Assembly (NCBI RefSeq): GCF_000400465.1
Contig: NW_008806284.1
Span: forward strand, 20,001 to 268,000
Reading direction: 5' to 3'
Length of the DNA: 248,000 bases
Origin: Wallemia ichthyophaga EXF-994
Lineage: Eukaryota > Fungi > Basidiomycota
Shown here: positions 26,941 to 40,764 of the stretch, piece by piece
Position numbering within the stretch: position 1 is the first letter of the stretch
Layout: every line of letters starts with the position of its first letter
Made by a program: the position numbers and the translations under genes
The notes under the pieces: generated by a model
What the model was told of the DNA's origin: nothing
The model's input: only the letters and a program-made list of their open reading frames with translations
The model's database searches: none

Positions 26941-28104
26941 TGGTGATGGTTTTGGAGAGGGATGACAAGGTCGTTAGTGAGCACTAGGAGAATCGCATTG
27001 CTTTCTCAAGAGTATTGCTATTATAATCATTCAACTTAAAAGCTACACCTGGTATTTAGCAGCTAGACACAAGATGCAATGGCAACTCATGCCTGAATGG
27101 CATAAACCCTACCTTGCCTGATGGATTTTACCGTGTGAGCATCCAGACAGTGGCTCTACCAACAGTAATCATTCTCGAAATTGTATAACTACGTAATCCC
27201 CGCTCTATCCATCGGCACACAACTTAGGAGGCTTTACTTGATCAAAGGTTTGCGCTACAGACATTACATCCGCGATTTACAATAGTTACTTTGTCAAAAA
27301 TTCGATTCACAAGTATAAATCCACTCGTCGCGATTTTTCTGTTGGTTTATGGTTAGTTGGGAGATTGAGTAGAGTGAATGTCGAAAACTGTCGAATCAAT
27401 CACAATATCGATTCTCATATCGAGTATAGTGACCTTTTATCCAACAACGCATCAATTCTCAGTTGTCTCAAATTTGCACATGTTTCTATTTCGTACGGAG
27501 TGGGCAGTATGAAAAGTCGCATAAATGAAATTTCCGCGTGTTTATACATCACTGTTCATATCTGTGAAGGCAAAATCATTCATGTTTACCGGTGAAAATC
27601 CGAGTTCGACACAACAACTCTTGTGAGTCTCCGAAACACATTGGGATTGTTGAGCTCGCTGTTGCAGCTTTGAAGCATGGAAAAGGGGCTAATCTCAACT
27701 CGCTCAAGACTGTAGGAGTTAGCCCTATAAATCATAAGAGCCCATGTAAACTAAATCAACTTGTATTTCTCAAAATAACATGGAGACATTGCTTGCAAGC
27801 TTTTCAAGAAATCAAATCTCATGACTTCAATGAAAGTTGTAAATTGCAGTAGATGACAAACAAAATATTTTCAAGCTGTTTACTCGAAATTAACAGAGAT
27901 GTTCATTACACACCGATGATGTCTTGATTTCAACTCGCAAAGCAGCTAATATTCTCAAGTTACTCCACAAAAGGAACGCCAAGTGGGGGAAGACATCATC
28001 GGAGGAGCAAAGATATCACACAAATAGCATCTGACGTGTGCTGTCTACATATAACGTATAGTATTTTGTATTTATGAAAATTGGTTTCTTACACTCAAAC
28101 GGTG

Positions 28105-28906
28105 ATGATGCTCTGGAGATGTTGTTGGCGGCGGAGGAAAGACAGCAATGATATAAACAACTCCGAGCAGGATGAGCGTACGCGGTTGCTGGACAATGAA
28201 GGAGGTGGTACTAGTGGTGGTGGATCTACGTGAGTTCACAAACCGCTAACACACACCCACTCACCCTTAGTAAATCAGTTACAGCCCAGCGCTACCACCA
28301 GCCACACCAAGCTACAGTCGAAGCCACAGCCATGCTCCCGACTCACAAACCACTGAGAACGACAAGGACACAGCGTCGCTTAACGATATAGTCAGCAAGG
28401 CTTCAGAACAAATGGTCAACATCACAAACTCCAATTCCTCTCTTAAAGCTGCAACGAGCATCCATAGCCTCAGGGATCTTAATTGCCTGTCTAACTGGCT
28501 GCAAGGTGATCCAATCAAGCTGGATAAGGCAACAGACCGCGAACAGGAGCTCATCAAAGATACAGCTTCTGGTCTAGCTGAAGTGTTTGAAAATGCGTTC
28601 GATTTCTCGCTCTCACAGTCAAATAGCGAGGCTAGCTCGAGGAGAGGGAGCATGAAGAGTGAGGGGATTGACGATAAGGGTGGTATTGGTAGTGGTAGCA
28701 AGAGCAACAGCAGGCCTAATAGCATTAACAACAACACCACCACTAACACTACCATCAACTCCTCTGAACAGCACGGTTTGTCATTCAATCAACGCCGTTT
28801 ATCGTTAGATGAACAATCAATGCATGAAGAGTTTGAGAATACACCAAGACAGACACTATCATCAACGCCACGCAATACACACAATACACGCGACAACGTT
28901 TCTTAG
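28105..28906 (+). CDS. LAMTOR1/Ego1(Meh1)-like vacuolar anchor
   Basis: MMLWRCCW, acidic dileucine DERTRLL, QRRLNDIVSKASEQMVNI. Confidence 0.55.
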
Positions 28907-28909
28907 TTT

Positions 28910-29858
28910 TTACTCCGTCAACATTCTATACCCCTCGTAATACTTGTCGGCGGTTTTATTGACAATATCTTCCGGTATAACTGGTCCGACTGGGCTGTTC
29001 TTGTCGAAACCAACAGATTTCAACCAGTCACGTACATATTGCTTGTCGAATGAGTCAACACCCTTACCAACTTGGTAACCCGCCACTGGCCAGAAGCGTG
29101 AGCTGTCTGGGGTGAGAATCTCGTCAACGACGAGTAGGTTACCCTGTGCGTCCACACCGAATTCCAACTTGGTGTCTGCCAAGATGATTCCCTTGGTTGA
29201 GGCATACTCAGACGCCGACAAGTATATCTTGATAGCAGCCTCCTCGATTCTTTTAGCGAGTGGTTGTGGAATTAGCTTTCGGTACTCTTCTAGTGAGATA
29301 TTCTCGTCGTGATCGCCTTGATCTGCCTTTGTGGAGGGAGTGAAGAGAGGGTGGTCGAATTTTTCACTTTCTTGCATACCAGATTTAACAGGAGCGCCAT
29401 TGACAGTGCCAGATTTCTTATACTCGCTCCACGCTGAACCAGTAATGTAACCTCTGACGATGGCTTCGATTTTGACAATATCGCACTTCTTTACCTGCAG
29501 AGTGCGATCTTTAAGGGAGTCTATGGCGCTTGCAGGGAGGCCCATTTTCTCTACATTCTTCTCTAGCAAGTGATGGCCGACGTGGGTGCCGTCGCTGAGA
29601 ATAATCGGGAAAAGCTTATCGAACCAGAAAGTGGAAAGTTGAGTGAGCAGCCTGCCCTTATTTGGGATGCCCTGGGTGAGTTAGCAGGCGCACAGCCATA
29701 CACACACTACTCACACTCGACAAGATAACGTCAAATGCAGAAATCCTATCCGTAGCGACGAAGAGGAGTGTGTCATTGTAGTCGTAAAGATCCCGCACTT
29801 TCCCAGTTGAAATCTTTTTAAACTCTTTTAAATCGGTGGATGTAATCGGCGCTTCCAT
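28910..29858 (-). CDS. ADE1: SAICAR synthetase
   Basis: [40 protein letters not shown]. Confidence 0.95.
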
Positions 29859-29892
29859 TGGTGGTCTTGTTGAAACAACCAACACAACTCAT

Positions 29893-30583
29893 CGTAATGG
29901 GGGAATATGAATATTTTGGATTCGATTTGAGTTTCTTATCGAGTATTTTGGGTGTGTTTATCATCGTCGGCAGCAGCTTAATCAAGCTACCACAGCTGTA
30001 CACGCTTTATCGCACTGGATCGAGTAATGGACTCAGTTTGAGTGCCTTCTCATTAGAAGCAGTGGCGTACTTTATAAACTACGTCTACGGATACTCTCAT
30101 TCATACCCATTCACGACATACGGCGAGAATCTCACACTGACATTCCAAAACATAGCCATTATAGGGTGTATAATGCGAAGAAAGGTGTATACTGTAATAT
30201 TCGCAGCAATCACTTTCTCATTCCTACTCACCCCGAAACCGCTAATCGACATGACATTCCAACTGTCGATTCCACTCAGTCTGGCGAGCAAACTACCACA
30301 AATACACGCCAACCACCGCAACGCTTCGACTGGATCGCTCTCTCCTATCACTACACTCGCTCAGCTCGGCGGGTGCTGCGTGCGCGTCTTGACCAGTGTG
30401 CATAATGCCGGCGACATACCCATGACTATCTCCTTCGCTGGAGCTGCCCTCTTAAATGGCATCCTCCTCGCTCAAATTGTCCTGTACGCGCGCAATCGCA
30501 GTGTTTACTTACCATCACATACCGCGCAAATTTTACACCCCTCCAATACCAACGAAAAGAGTGGGAAGAGCAGACGTGATTAG
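29893..30583 (+). CDS. PQ-loop protein, MPDU1-like
   Basis: GSSLIKLPQL and SKLPQIHANHRNASTGSLS PQ loops. Confidence 0.8.
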
Positions 30584-30789
30584 AAGGCTGTTTGTAAAGG
30601 TATAAAATTCGCATTGCATAATACACTACGACAAAAGGAAAAAGCATCAAACAACTCAAATAAGCAATCCAACGTATTCAAGTTACAATATAGAAATTTC
30701 ATCCAAATTAGTGTGTGTGTGACTTTGTATATAAATGCGTAGTATGTACTATCTATAATCAGGAAGAAAGGTGAGCAAAAAGAGTGAAA

Positions 30790-33007
30790 GTATCTATCCT
30801 CAGACGCCATCAAGTGTCTGGCGCGAACTTGGACATGGAGCGCAGCTTACTGATATTGTATTGTTAGTATAGTCCACACCTACGCACATCAACTCACGGT
30901 CCAAATTTGATCAGTCCGAACGGAATAAAAGACAAGAGAATGGCGAGACATCCCAACAACGTCGATGCCCATCTGGGATTGAGGCGTTCGAACATCTGTG
31001 CCGCAAAGAGTGGGAATCCAGCGCCGAAAGCGGATCTGAATGGGATGTGAATGTGAGTAAAGGTGTCCAAAAATGCCCTAAGACAGTCTCAAAAACACTC
31101 CACCCACCTAATAACAGTGTTTGCAGCGAGTGCCGAACCTGCTGACCAAAGATACGTGTCGATAATGTAGTTGAAGAGGGAGAGGAAAACGAAGAGGATA
31201 CCTATTCCTATGAGAGAAGTGGCTATGAGGGGCGACCAGAACGATATGCTGGGGTAGCTAGTCCACCCAAACCAGAAGAAGGCAATGGCGAAGACTATGC
31301 CACCCAATGCGCCAGGGTACAGTCTCATCTCTGGATCAGGCAGCTTAGGGGCGGTTTTTTCGAGTGCCTTGGTGTATCTGAACGACATACCAGTAAGAAA
31401 CAGTTGCCCCACTCGTGTTCTCGCTACTCACTGTGGGTTAAAGTAGAGAATATTGATGGTGCATGCGATGAAACCTCCAATGAACAGCGGCAGGAACATC
31501 AATCCTTGTATGCCCTTATTGAAACCGTGTCCTGGGGCACCATATACGAACGGGAAACTGTTGCAATGAGTTAGTTTGGTGCGTCCAAACGCAAGCCCTA
31601 ACTCACGACTCGAAGAGGAGATAGAGAATACCATAAACGAAGCTCATGAAGAGTGTCAAAGCAGAGAGCATTGGCTCATAAGCGAGGAGAATAAACGGCT
31701 TGAAAATGGTATTGTGGATGGTGCTCTTGAAATCCGTTTTGCGGAGGTCGAGCGGAGATTTGTACCTGTCATCGCCCGTCTCCTTACGCTTCTGCTTGGC
31801 AATGCGTGCTAGGAGGGCAGGAGCGTATGTCTCGGGCAAGACTAATCCCAGGAGAAGAGTGCAGAAGCCGGCGAAAGCAAAGAGAGCCCAAAAGAGTATG
31901 CGCCAGTCAGCGCCCGCTGCAGCTATAAAGCCTGATATGACGGGGGCTATGGCGGGGCCGGCGAAGGGGGCGAGAGCGAAAACAGACATGGCTGGGCACC
32001 GTGTGTTAGTTGATACAATAGGTGTCTTATGCATGCGTACCAATTCCGCGTGCTGTTTTTGTTCAAGTCAGTAAGTTCTCATTTAAACATAACAACTCCA
32101 ACCCACTCTTGGGGTCCCAGAGGTCACTGATGACAGCACCGCAGACAACCAGCGGCGATGCACCTGTGTAGAGGTATATTTCAATAAAAGGGTCATTCAC
32201 TCAGCATCAACACCTACCGAAACAACCTGTAAGGAAACGAAACACAAGAATAGAGCCGGTGTTGGGTGAGAGCGCGCAACCGATAGTAAGTAAGGTATAA
32301 GGAATGAAAGCCATCAGCATGCCATTTTTACGCCCAAGGGTGGTTTCCGAGAGAGGGCCCCAGAGAAGGGGACCGACAGTGTAACCCGCGACGAAGAGAC
32401 TAACGGCGAGAGTAGCGACCTCGCGGGAGAAACCAAACTCGGCCATTAGTTCTTGTGAGATGCCCGACGGTGCACTACTTGAGAAGGTGGAGTTGAGGAC
32501 GAGTAGGCCAGCAATGAAGGTTAGGAGCCAGCGATAATTAGTGTTCCAGTTTTTGGGATTGCGCGTATCACCATCGTCGAACTTGTCGATCATGAATGGA
32601 TCACTCTTCTCCTCCTCAATAACCTCCTCGGCATCCTCGCCAATGTCGCTGTGGCTGCCGCGTTCGACGTCTTTGCCGAATGCGATGTCGGGGGGGAGGA
32701 CTAGGTCAGTGGCGCCGGCTAGCTCAGCCCCGACACTCGGCAATGGCACACTATCCCTGCGTAGCCCCTTCAAGCTGTCATTCGTCGGCGTTGGATAGAG
32801 ACTGCCTGCGGAAGACTTGCGGTTAATGGATCTGTTGCGTTTAATGGAGGATTGTCGTGCGAAGTTGGCGTCTGGCAGGGTAACTGAGTGGTTGATTGGT
32901 GGTTTAGTTGGTGGATGTTGTAGTGGCTGTTGTGGTTGTTGTGGCTGCTCTGGATGCTGTGGTTGCCTTTGCTGCTGCTGCTCTATCTGCTTCTCATTAT
33001 CAACCAT
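30790..33007 (-). CDS. MFS DHA1 (Tpo1-like) transporter
   Basis: DTRNPKNW, STFSSSAPSG, PLLWGPLSETTLGRK, PETYAPALL. Confidence 0.9.
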
Positions 33008-33321
33008 TCCTAGTTTAAATTGAAATTGAAATTGAGACTGTTATATAAATAGGATGTTGCAGTTACACTCAAAGAACTGCGACCGTCATTTTACCGGATA
33101 TATGTATTGGAGACATGGACCCAATGGCGGGGCCGTAGAGCGTTCTATCGGCGTTGATTGTGGGGATGTGTGGGATGTTTGGGATGTTTATGTGTGTCAA
33201 TTCCATACTGGCACTCCTCCCACTCCTCCCACTTTCGCCGGATTTGATTTGATAAATTGAAATTCTTACGCACGAGAGGTAAGATACGTGCGTAAACAAG
33301 CACCACGACAAGAACCACCAA

Positions 33322-34017
33322 ATGTACCATCTTCTTCGAGGACTCTACACAGAGCTCACACGGCAGACAGAGTACTCGATACTGGTTATTGGTTTGAATG
33401 GCAGTGGCAAGACGACGTTCGTTGAGCATGCTAAAGAGATGTACACAGGCAAGCCACGCTACGAATCTGGTCCAACGATAGGCCAGAATGGTGAGAATAG
33501 ATTTGGTATCTAGATAAACATTATAACACCTCATTCAGTCGTAAAATTACCCGTCAGTAACACTATCCTCCATTTCTGGGATCTCGGTGGTTCATCGGAA
33601 TTTACAAATCTGTGGGATAGGTACTATGGTGACGCACAGGCTGTACTGTTCTTTATAGATGGCACGGACACTCAACGATTGAAAGAAAGTTGGGAGATAT
33701 TCGAGACACTGAAAACACACAGTGATCTACAAGGCATACCAATAGTAGTGTGTGCAACTAAACAGGATAAACAAGGTGCCATGTCTGCAGCTGATATTGA
33801 GAAAAAGTTCATCGACTACTCAAACAATACGCCTAATATACCTTACACCAGTCTAAGCAGCTTGAGTGAGAGGCTGGAGAACAGTCACAGTCATAGCAAT
33901 CAACACAACGACGATAAACGCAATCTAATCCTCAACCTCGTCAACACTGATCAGTCATCGATTAAGAGCGTAATTGATGCTTTGTTTGTGAGAGTACAAA
34001 CGTCTCCGAGGGGTTGA
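33322..34017 (+). CDS. ARL3: ARF-related GTPase ARFRP1/Arl3
   Basis: MYHLLRGLY, GLNGSGKTT, WDLGG, ATKQD. Confidence 0.85.
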
Positions 34018-34138
34018 GAGAGGTATGAACACGAATTATGAATACAGGATTTGAACAGTTTTAACGAAATATAAACACAACACGTAAACACAGTTATAAA
34101 CATACATATGATATAAACACACTAAACAATCCCGCAAT

Positions 34139-34680
34139 CTACTTCAACACAGTCTCAGACCTGCGTATTGCCAGAAATTGCTGGACAGACGACGGCTGGA
34201 GTGTCTTGATGACGTCATAAACCTGCATGCTATTATAACGCAGGCGTGTGCGAGGATCCGTGTATTCACCCAAAAGACCAGTGACATCGCAGTATTTGCC
34301 AGGTGGGAGAAGTGAAGGGGGACACTCAATAGTGAACCAATTTGTGAGATTCTCGGGAAGTGAAGAGAGTTGCTGAATCTCATCTTCAGTGGCCTGTACA
34401 AGGCCATTCTTAACATCCTCCAGTCGCTGTCTTCCCTCTTTGAGACCTTCTAACTGCTGCCTCTCGCGCTCCCTCTCGATGGCCATCACCTGCTTGAATA
34501 TCTTGTTACGCTTGGTGTTGCTCCAATTTGGATTCTTGAATGGCCGCGGCGATTCGTAGAAATTGTAATAATCCACCACTTTGTCGGGTGGTTGGGGGGT
34601 GGACGATGTGGACGCAGACGCGGATGATTGGCGTGGTTTCTTGCGTGGTGGCCTAGAGCGTATTATTGTAAGCTATTTCA
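34139..34680 (-). CDS. IES6: INO80 subunit Ies6 (YL1_C)
   Basis: IECPPSLLPPGKYCDVTGLLGEYTDPRTRLRY. Confidence 0.88.
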
Positions 34681-34759
34681 TTGGCTATAATTATGGTTTT
34701 GTAAATACATTTTATCCTTCTATCCTTCTATCGCGGCGACGGTGACAAAGAAGGAAGAA

Positions 34760-35270
34760 TATGTGGTGGGTGCCTAATATCAATTAAATCTCACCTCACA
34801 CTCCACACCTAAGCAAACACGTCCTCAACGCACAAGCAGCAATACGCTCTCCATGCTGCAGAAAGTGGTTCGATGTGAGCAGCTTCTATGGTACAATACA
34901 ACTAACTCAAATCACATTAAAGTGCCCAGAATGCCATGAAGAAAAGGAAGACCATCCCCTCGCTAAATCCATTGAATTGTCCTTCATGTGCAAGAAATGC
35001 AAGCGCGCATTTAGGAAGGATATGACTGTATTTGAAGAGAGCGATGAGTATTGCCCTCACTGTGATAATCATTTTGTAGGTGTTCTTAGGATTACTTGTA
35101 GTAACCCTCACTCATCCCTCACACTAGGTCATCGACGCTAAAACACCAGAAGCTGCACTGATGGTCGAAGGTGAAGATGCACGCGTCGATAACAGGATCA
35201 TCAAAGACGAGAGAGCCAAGATCGATCCAGAGAGGACTATCAACGCCCGCAATGCTGAGTTGAGTGATAG
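34760..35270 (+). CDS. Small CHY zinc-finger protein
   Basis: KHVLNAQAAIRSPCCRKWFD..C.ECH...CKKCKRAFRKD...YCPHCDNHFV. Confidence 0.85.
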
Positions 35271-35351
35271 AGTTGGATAGTTTGTCGTGTCGTATATCTT
35301 TGGATATTTGTAAATTGTATTATGTATACTCATTCTGCCTCTTTACTCATT

Positions 35352-36290
35352 CTAGTTTATCTCTATAATCATTTGTTTGTCTTCTCCTTGATCTTGTTTG
35401 GATATGTTTGAGTCGCTCGAGTCACTCGAATCGCTCGAATCGCTAGACACACTACTTGTATCACTATCACTATCACTGTCACTGATACTTTCATCAAACT
35501 TCATCACCTCCTTCGTCCTCCACCGCGTCTCTAGCGGCACATCCGACACCATGAGCACTGCAAAATCTATCACTACCGTGCCCCTCAAAGCCTCTATAAT
35601 CTCTTCATCTAGCTGCGTTCGTACATTCTGCCCGTCCTGGCTCTTTATGTAGAAATGGAGAGTGTGGAGGCGATGTTGATCGATATAGCCCGCCTTTTGC
35701 GTGAGGATGTATTCCACACTCATACACTGGGGTATTCCATGCACGACCACCTTCTCACTTTCCTTCTCCTTTACATTCTCACCCAAACTCACCAGACTCA
35801 CCACCTCCACACTCAAATTGAGCTGAGCAGACCGGGCATCCCAGTGCGTGCGATCCCGTCGCCGTCTCTCCATACCGAGCGGACTAAGGAGGAGTTCGAT
35901 GCCCTCGTTTGCGAAGGAGGACTGCATTCTGAGTGCTTTGGCGTGTGGGTGGTGTGGGTGGTGCTGGTGCTGGTTATGAGGATGATGATGTTGTTGCTGC
36001 TGCCCATGAGCCACATGAACCCCTGCTGGTGCCTTTTTCCCTGCCTCCTCCACTTCCCGCTTCGCCTCCTCTAGCAGGGCATAGTCATTTACCAAATCCA
36101 TATGCTTGTAGTCCTTCATCGCTATATATGCCGTCTTGTCCCGCTCTCCGCTGCATCCACGCTCTTCTTTGTGCCTGCGACTGCACGCGAGTGAACAGCT
36201 GCGTAACGTGCATCGCGGACACTTGTATTTCGACACTGCCCCGCATAGCTCACACAAGCTCGTTTGGGAGAAGATGTTGTCTATTTCTGC
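35352..36290 (-). CDS. BCD1: Box C/D snoRNA assembly factor Bcd1 (zf-HIT)
   Basis: CELCGAVSKYKCPRCTLRSCSLACSRRHKEERGCSGERDK. Confidence 0.85.
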   Translation of the reverse strand, partial: AEIDNIFSQTSLCELCGAVSKYKCPRCTLRSCSLACSRRHKEERGCSGERDKTAYIAMKDYKHMDLVNDYALLEEAKREVEEAGKKAPAGVHVAHGQQQQHHHPHNQHQHHPHHPHAKALRMQSSFANEGIELLLSPLGMERRRRDRTHWDARSAQLNLSVEVVSLVSLGENVKEKESEKVVVHGIPQCMSVEYILTQKAGYIDQHRLHTLHFYIKSQDGQNVRTQLDEEIIEALRGTVVIDFAVLMVSDVPLETRWRTKEVMKFDESISDSDSDSDTSSVSSDSSDSSDSSDSNISKQDQGEDKQMIIEIN

Positions 36291-36899
36291 CATTGTTCGA
36301 TTGTGATGGTGGTGCACCAAGAAGATTACATCACTCTGATAAGATTAAAGTGGAGAGTGTCTTCATGGTGTATATATGTACGATCGTTCACTCAAAAAAA
36401 ACACATTTACTCTAAGATCGAAAATTTTTGCATGATTTCACAATATACTTAAGCCAAACAAGTCAACGGGTTGCCAGAATCGATAGTATACTCGAAGATA
36501 TCAGCATAAGTCCCACAGCTGTCCTCCACCCTTACCGACATCCACTAACATAAACATAAACTTCAAAAAGTGCATCAAGAAGAAATACATACCGAGGATG
36601 AAGGCTGCTGAATGTTTGAGCATGGAAACCTAATTCAACATTTTGCCGTTTATGACATCAATTGCGTCACGGCAAAGCTAGTATCCAGTGAAATAAATCT
36701 TCCACATAGCGCAGTCTGGATTACACCAGAGTTATTCGCCACCAGTCTAATAAGAAATTGCAATTCACTGACTTGCTCAACCATCTTATATGCTAAAGAG
36801 TGCACCAGTATTTAAAGCTTTCAGCCAAATTTCGCTGATTTGAGATCGGGAAGATAAAATACATTGATATACAAATAAAATACACATGGTAGAACCTTT

Positions 36900-37334
<435 letters not shown>

Positions 37335-37404
37335 TTAATGTTTTTCACAGGGAGGGACATACGGCTTAAATAGTGGCGCGCGTCGTTGAATCATTTTCCA
37401 CTTG

Positions 37405-37596
37405 GGATCACGCGCAAATCAGAATTTGTGGTGGCGGGCGGGAGTGAATGCGAGTAGTGTACAAAAAAAGGTTAATCTGACAGCCAAAAATTTAGGCTAT
37501 CTGGTGATTTGTATTGATCTCAGATTTTCCCACTTTACATAGCAGGATCACGCGTTTTATAAAAAAAAAACAAATGATTTGATCAGATCGTGATCT
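37405..37596. promoter_or_regulatory. Repeated GATCACG(CG) motif in the H3-H4 bidirectional promoter
   Basis: GGATCACGCG at 37405 and 37545; reverse copy CGTGATC at 37590. Confidence 0.45.
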
Positions 37597-37620
37597 CTAG
37601 CGCGCGCTGCAAATGCATAA

Positions 37621-38027
<407 letters not shown>

Positions 38028-38284
38028 TTCTCCCATTATATTTACCATCGCATCTATTCCTGTATTAGTAGTCTAGCATACAAATAACTTTATATTGATC
38101 ATCTTCCGACCCGTTAGAACTGCTTAAACATTTTCCGCTTTAACCGCGCGCGTAGCACCGAGGAACGGTAATGAATGTTTATTGTATATATCTAACTTGA
38201 TAGGTAAACAACGCACATTCCAATTTAATAATTTCTGCAGGTTTATTTGATTATTCTATCTCTTCTTGCGGTGTTCCGATCGCG

Positions 38285-39517
38285 ATGCCGCTCCAAAAGT
38301 CGTCGCTCACAATAGACCTGCCCAACACGCACAATGTAATAGTACTCAAAGAGCCAGCGTTCCTTTCCAGCAGTCGCGTGCCCAACTACAGTTCGCAGGA
38401 GGTGTATGAGCTGCGCGGTACGCTTGAGCTCTTTCTGCCTGCGCGGCGGCGCATACGAAGCATACAAGTAAAGCTGCAGAATGTCGAAGAGGCAGTAGTC
38501 CACGGTCGCATGAGTCGGCGGTTAGTCCTTGACGAGACGCTCGAAGTGAGCGTGGACGAGGAGGGGCTAGATCGCGGCGTGCATATATACGAGTTCAACC
38601 TTCGCATAGACAGCCGCACGCCCAACTACGACAGACATCCACGCGGCGGGACGATGCAATACCTCGAAGCGACGGTACAGTTTCACGAGCTGTTTTCGCG
38701 CGCCCTCACACGGCGGATCCCACTCATATTCGTCTCACACCCGAATGGGGAGGGCTTCATACCACTCGATCACGTTCACCGTGACTACGTTGATGATCTG
38801 GGACCACTAGAGGTCAGCTTCAAGACGCAGCATCTCACCATTGCTGGGTATATAATGGTCGAGATGTATCTGCCTAGTCCAGCGCCCGCGCTCGAGATTA
38901 AAGGGCTGAGTGTGACCCTGGAGCAGCACACGAGCATTCATGATAACGGTCACCTCGTTGAGACGTTGCCTGTCGATACACACACGTTGCTGGAAAAGGG
39001 CGGGCGGGAGGACTGCTTAATGCGCGCACCCAACCACAGCGCTGCTATTAGATGCTTCTACTACGTCAAACTCCCCACAGACGATTACTGCAGACCATCT
39101 ACACTTGAATGGTCGATGGCCCGGCTGCGCCATCAACATTTCATTAAATTCGATTTGCTCTACAAGAAGGAAAAGCTGCGGTGCGCGAGTGTTAACGTAC
39201 CAGTCATCTTACCACAGTGCCTTCTCTCGGTCGACAGTGTCACCCTGCCCACTTATAGCGACGCCGGCTATCCAGTCCCTTCAAAACGCCTCTGGGATCA
39301 GCCCCTGCCCCAATACTACAACAACTGCAGCTGTGGTAAAGACTCACTTACCCTCAAAGCAGACGCCGAGGGAGTGCAGAATCTTGATAAATTCACCCCA
39401 AAGAAACAGGGCATCTGGCTCACCGATCTGAGACACAAAGAGGAAAGCATATCGTCGAGAGATTCGTATGAGGAGATACGCGCAGCGAAGCGTGTGAATG
39501 AGTATGTAGTGGAGTAA
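38285..39517 (+). CDS. Arrestin-fold protein
   Basis: LRGTLELFL..RIRSIQVKL, GVHIYEFNL, TLPTY motif. Confidence 0.7.
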   Translation: MPLQKSSLTIDLPNTHNVIVLKEPAFLSSSRVPNYSSQEVYELRGTLELFLPARRRIRSIQVKLQNVEEAVVHGRMSRRLVLDETLEVSVDEEGLDRGVHIYEFNLRIDSRTPNYDRHPRGGTMQYLEATVQFHELFSRALTRRIPLIFVSHPNGEGFIPLDHVHRDYVDDLGPLEVSFKTQHLTIAGYIMVEMYLPSPAPALEIKGLSVTLEQHTSIHDNGHLVETLPVDTHTLLEKGGREDCLMRAPNHSAAIRCFYYVKLPTDDYCRPSTLEWSMARLRHQHFIKFDLLYKKEKLRCASVNVPVILPQCLLSVDSVTLPTYSDAGYPVPSKRLWDQPLPQYYNNCSCGKDSLTLKADAEGVQNLDKFTPKKQGIWLTDLRHKEESISSRDSYEEIRAAKRVNEYVVE

Positions 39518-39694
39518 CAAGTGATCAAGTGATCAACTAATTCAAGGATTTTGTAATTTTTCAACAAAGGATGTATTACTATTTTACAGTTTTTACAGTG
39601 ATTCCGGTGTGTGCTTTGTGTGCAGTGAGTACGCTAGTATGCCAATGAGCCAATGTAATTGTATACTTTACTTTCCTGCGCGCATCCACTCTGC

Positions 39695-40680
39695 TCACAA
39701 CAGCGTCTCACCCAAAGCGGATCTAACGAGCGAGCATCCGACGCTCACAGTCTGCTTTACAGCGCGCTCATCTTCGAGTGTCGGGTTTACTTCCATAAGG
39801 TCAACAGCGACAAGAAGACCAGTCTGATGCAACGCCTCGCAAATATAATGCCCCTCTCTGAAAGTAAGACCACCACGAACCGGTGTACCTGTGCTTGGAG
39901 CCACCGACGGATCCATTGCGTCAACATCGAAGCTTAAATGTACCGGTCTGGTTCCATCAGGATTGACGTCGTTGAGTGCCATTTCGACTACCCTGCCAAT
40001 TCCCCATTTGTCTACATGGTGCATTGAGTACGCGGTGATATTGTGTTCTTTCAGCAGACGCTTTTCGCCATCATCCACATCGCGTAGACCTATATACACG
40101 AGACGTGAAGGGTGCAGCTGCGACTTGATCCAGCTGAATTCGGGTATATCTCCGGCAATGCCGAGCAAGAAAGATAGCTGATAAGTAAGTGGGTTAGTTG
40201 AGACGTCGCACGCATTCCGCACTTATCACTCACTGGACAACCATGCAAATTACCCGTTTCTGTTGTCTCGGGTGTATTCAAGTCGGCATGAGCATCCACC
40301 CACACAACACACAGTTCTGGATGAGCGCTTAAGCTGCCCGAAATGGTCCCCATGGCTAGGCTGTGGTCCCCACCCAGTGTCACAGGAAGCTTGCCTGCTT
40401 GGGCGTGTTTCTTTACCTCCTGGTACACTTTCTCAGTAGCCGCGCTGACTGTTCGTGGATACTTGAGCTTGCCGATGTCCGTATCATTCTCGAGCACGCT
40501 AAATCCGCTATGATCCTCTATGGCGTCGACTGATAGTCCGAGTGTCTCCACCTGCTGCGCGAGGCCGTGCTTTATCAACTGCACAGGCCCAGTCTCCGTG
40601 CCACGCTTAGGCTGTCCGTGACTAAATGGCGCATTAACGAATGCTACTTGTGGTTTTACGAATTTAAAAGGAGTGGACAT
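39695..40680 (-). CDS. CAR1: Arginase
   Basis: LGGDHSLAMG, WVDAHADLNT, SFDVDAMDP..APSTGTPVRGG. Confidence 0.95.
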
Positions 40681-40764
40681 GGCGGTTAGTGATGAACAGG
40701 CGTATCGCGTGTTATCAATGATAAAATAAATTAAAAGTACAAAAGAAGAGCGAGACTAATCAAA

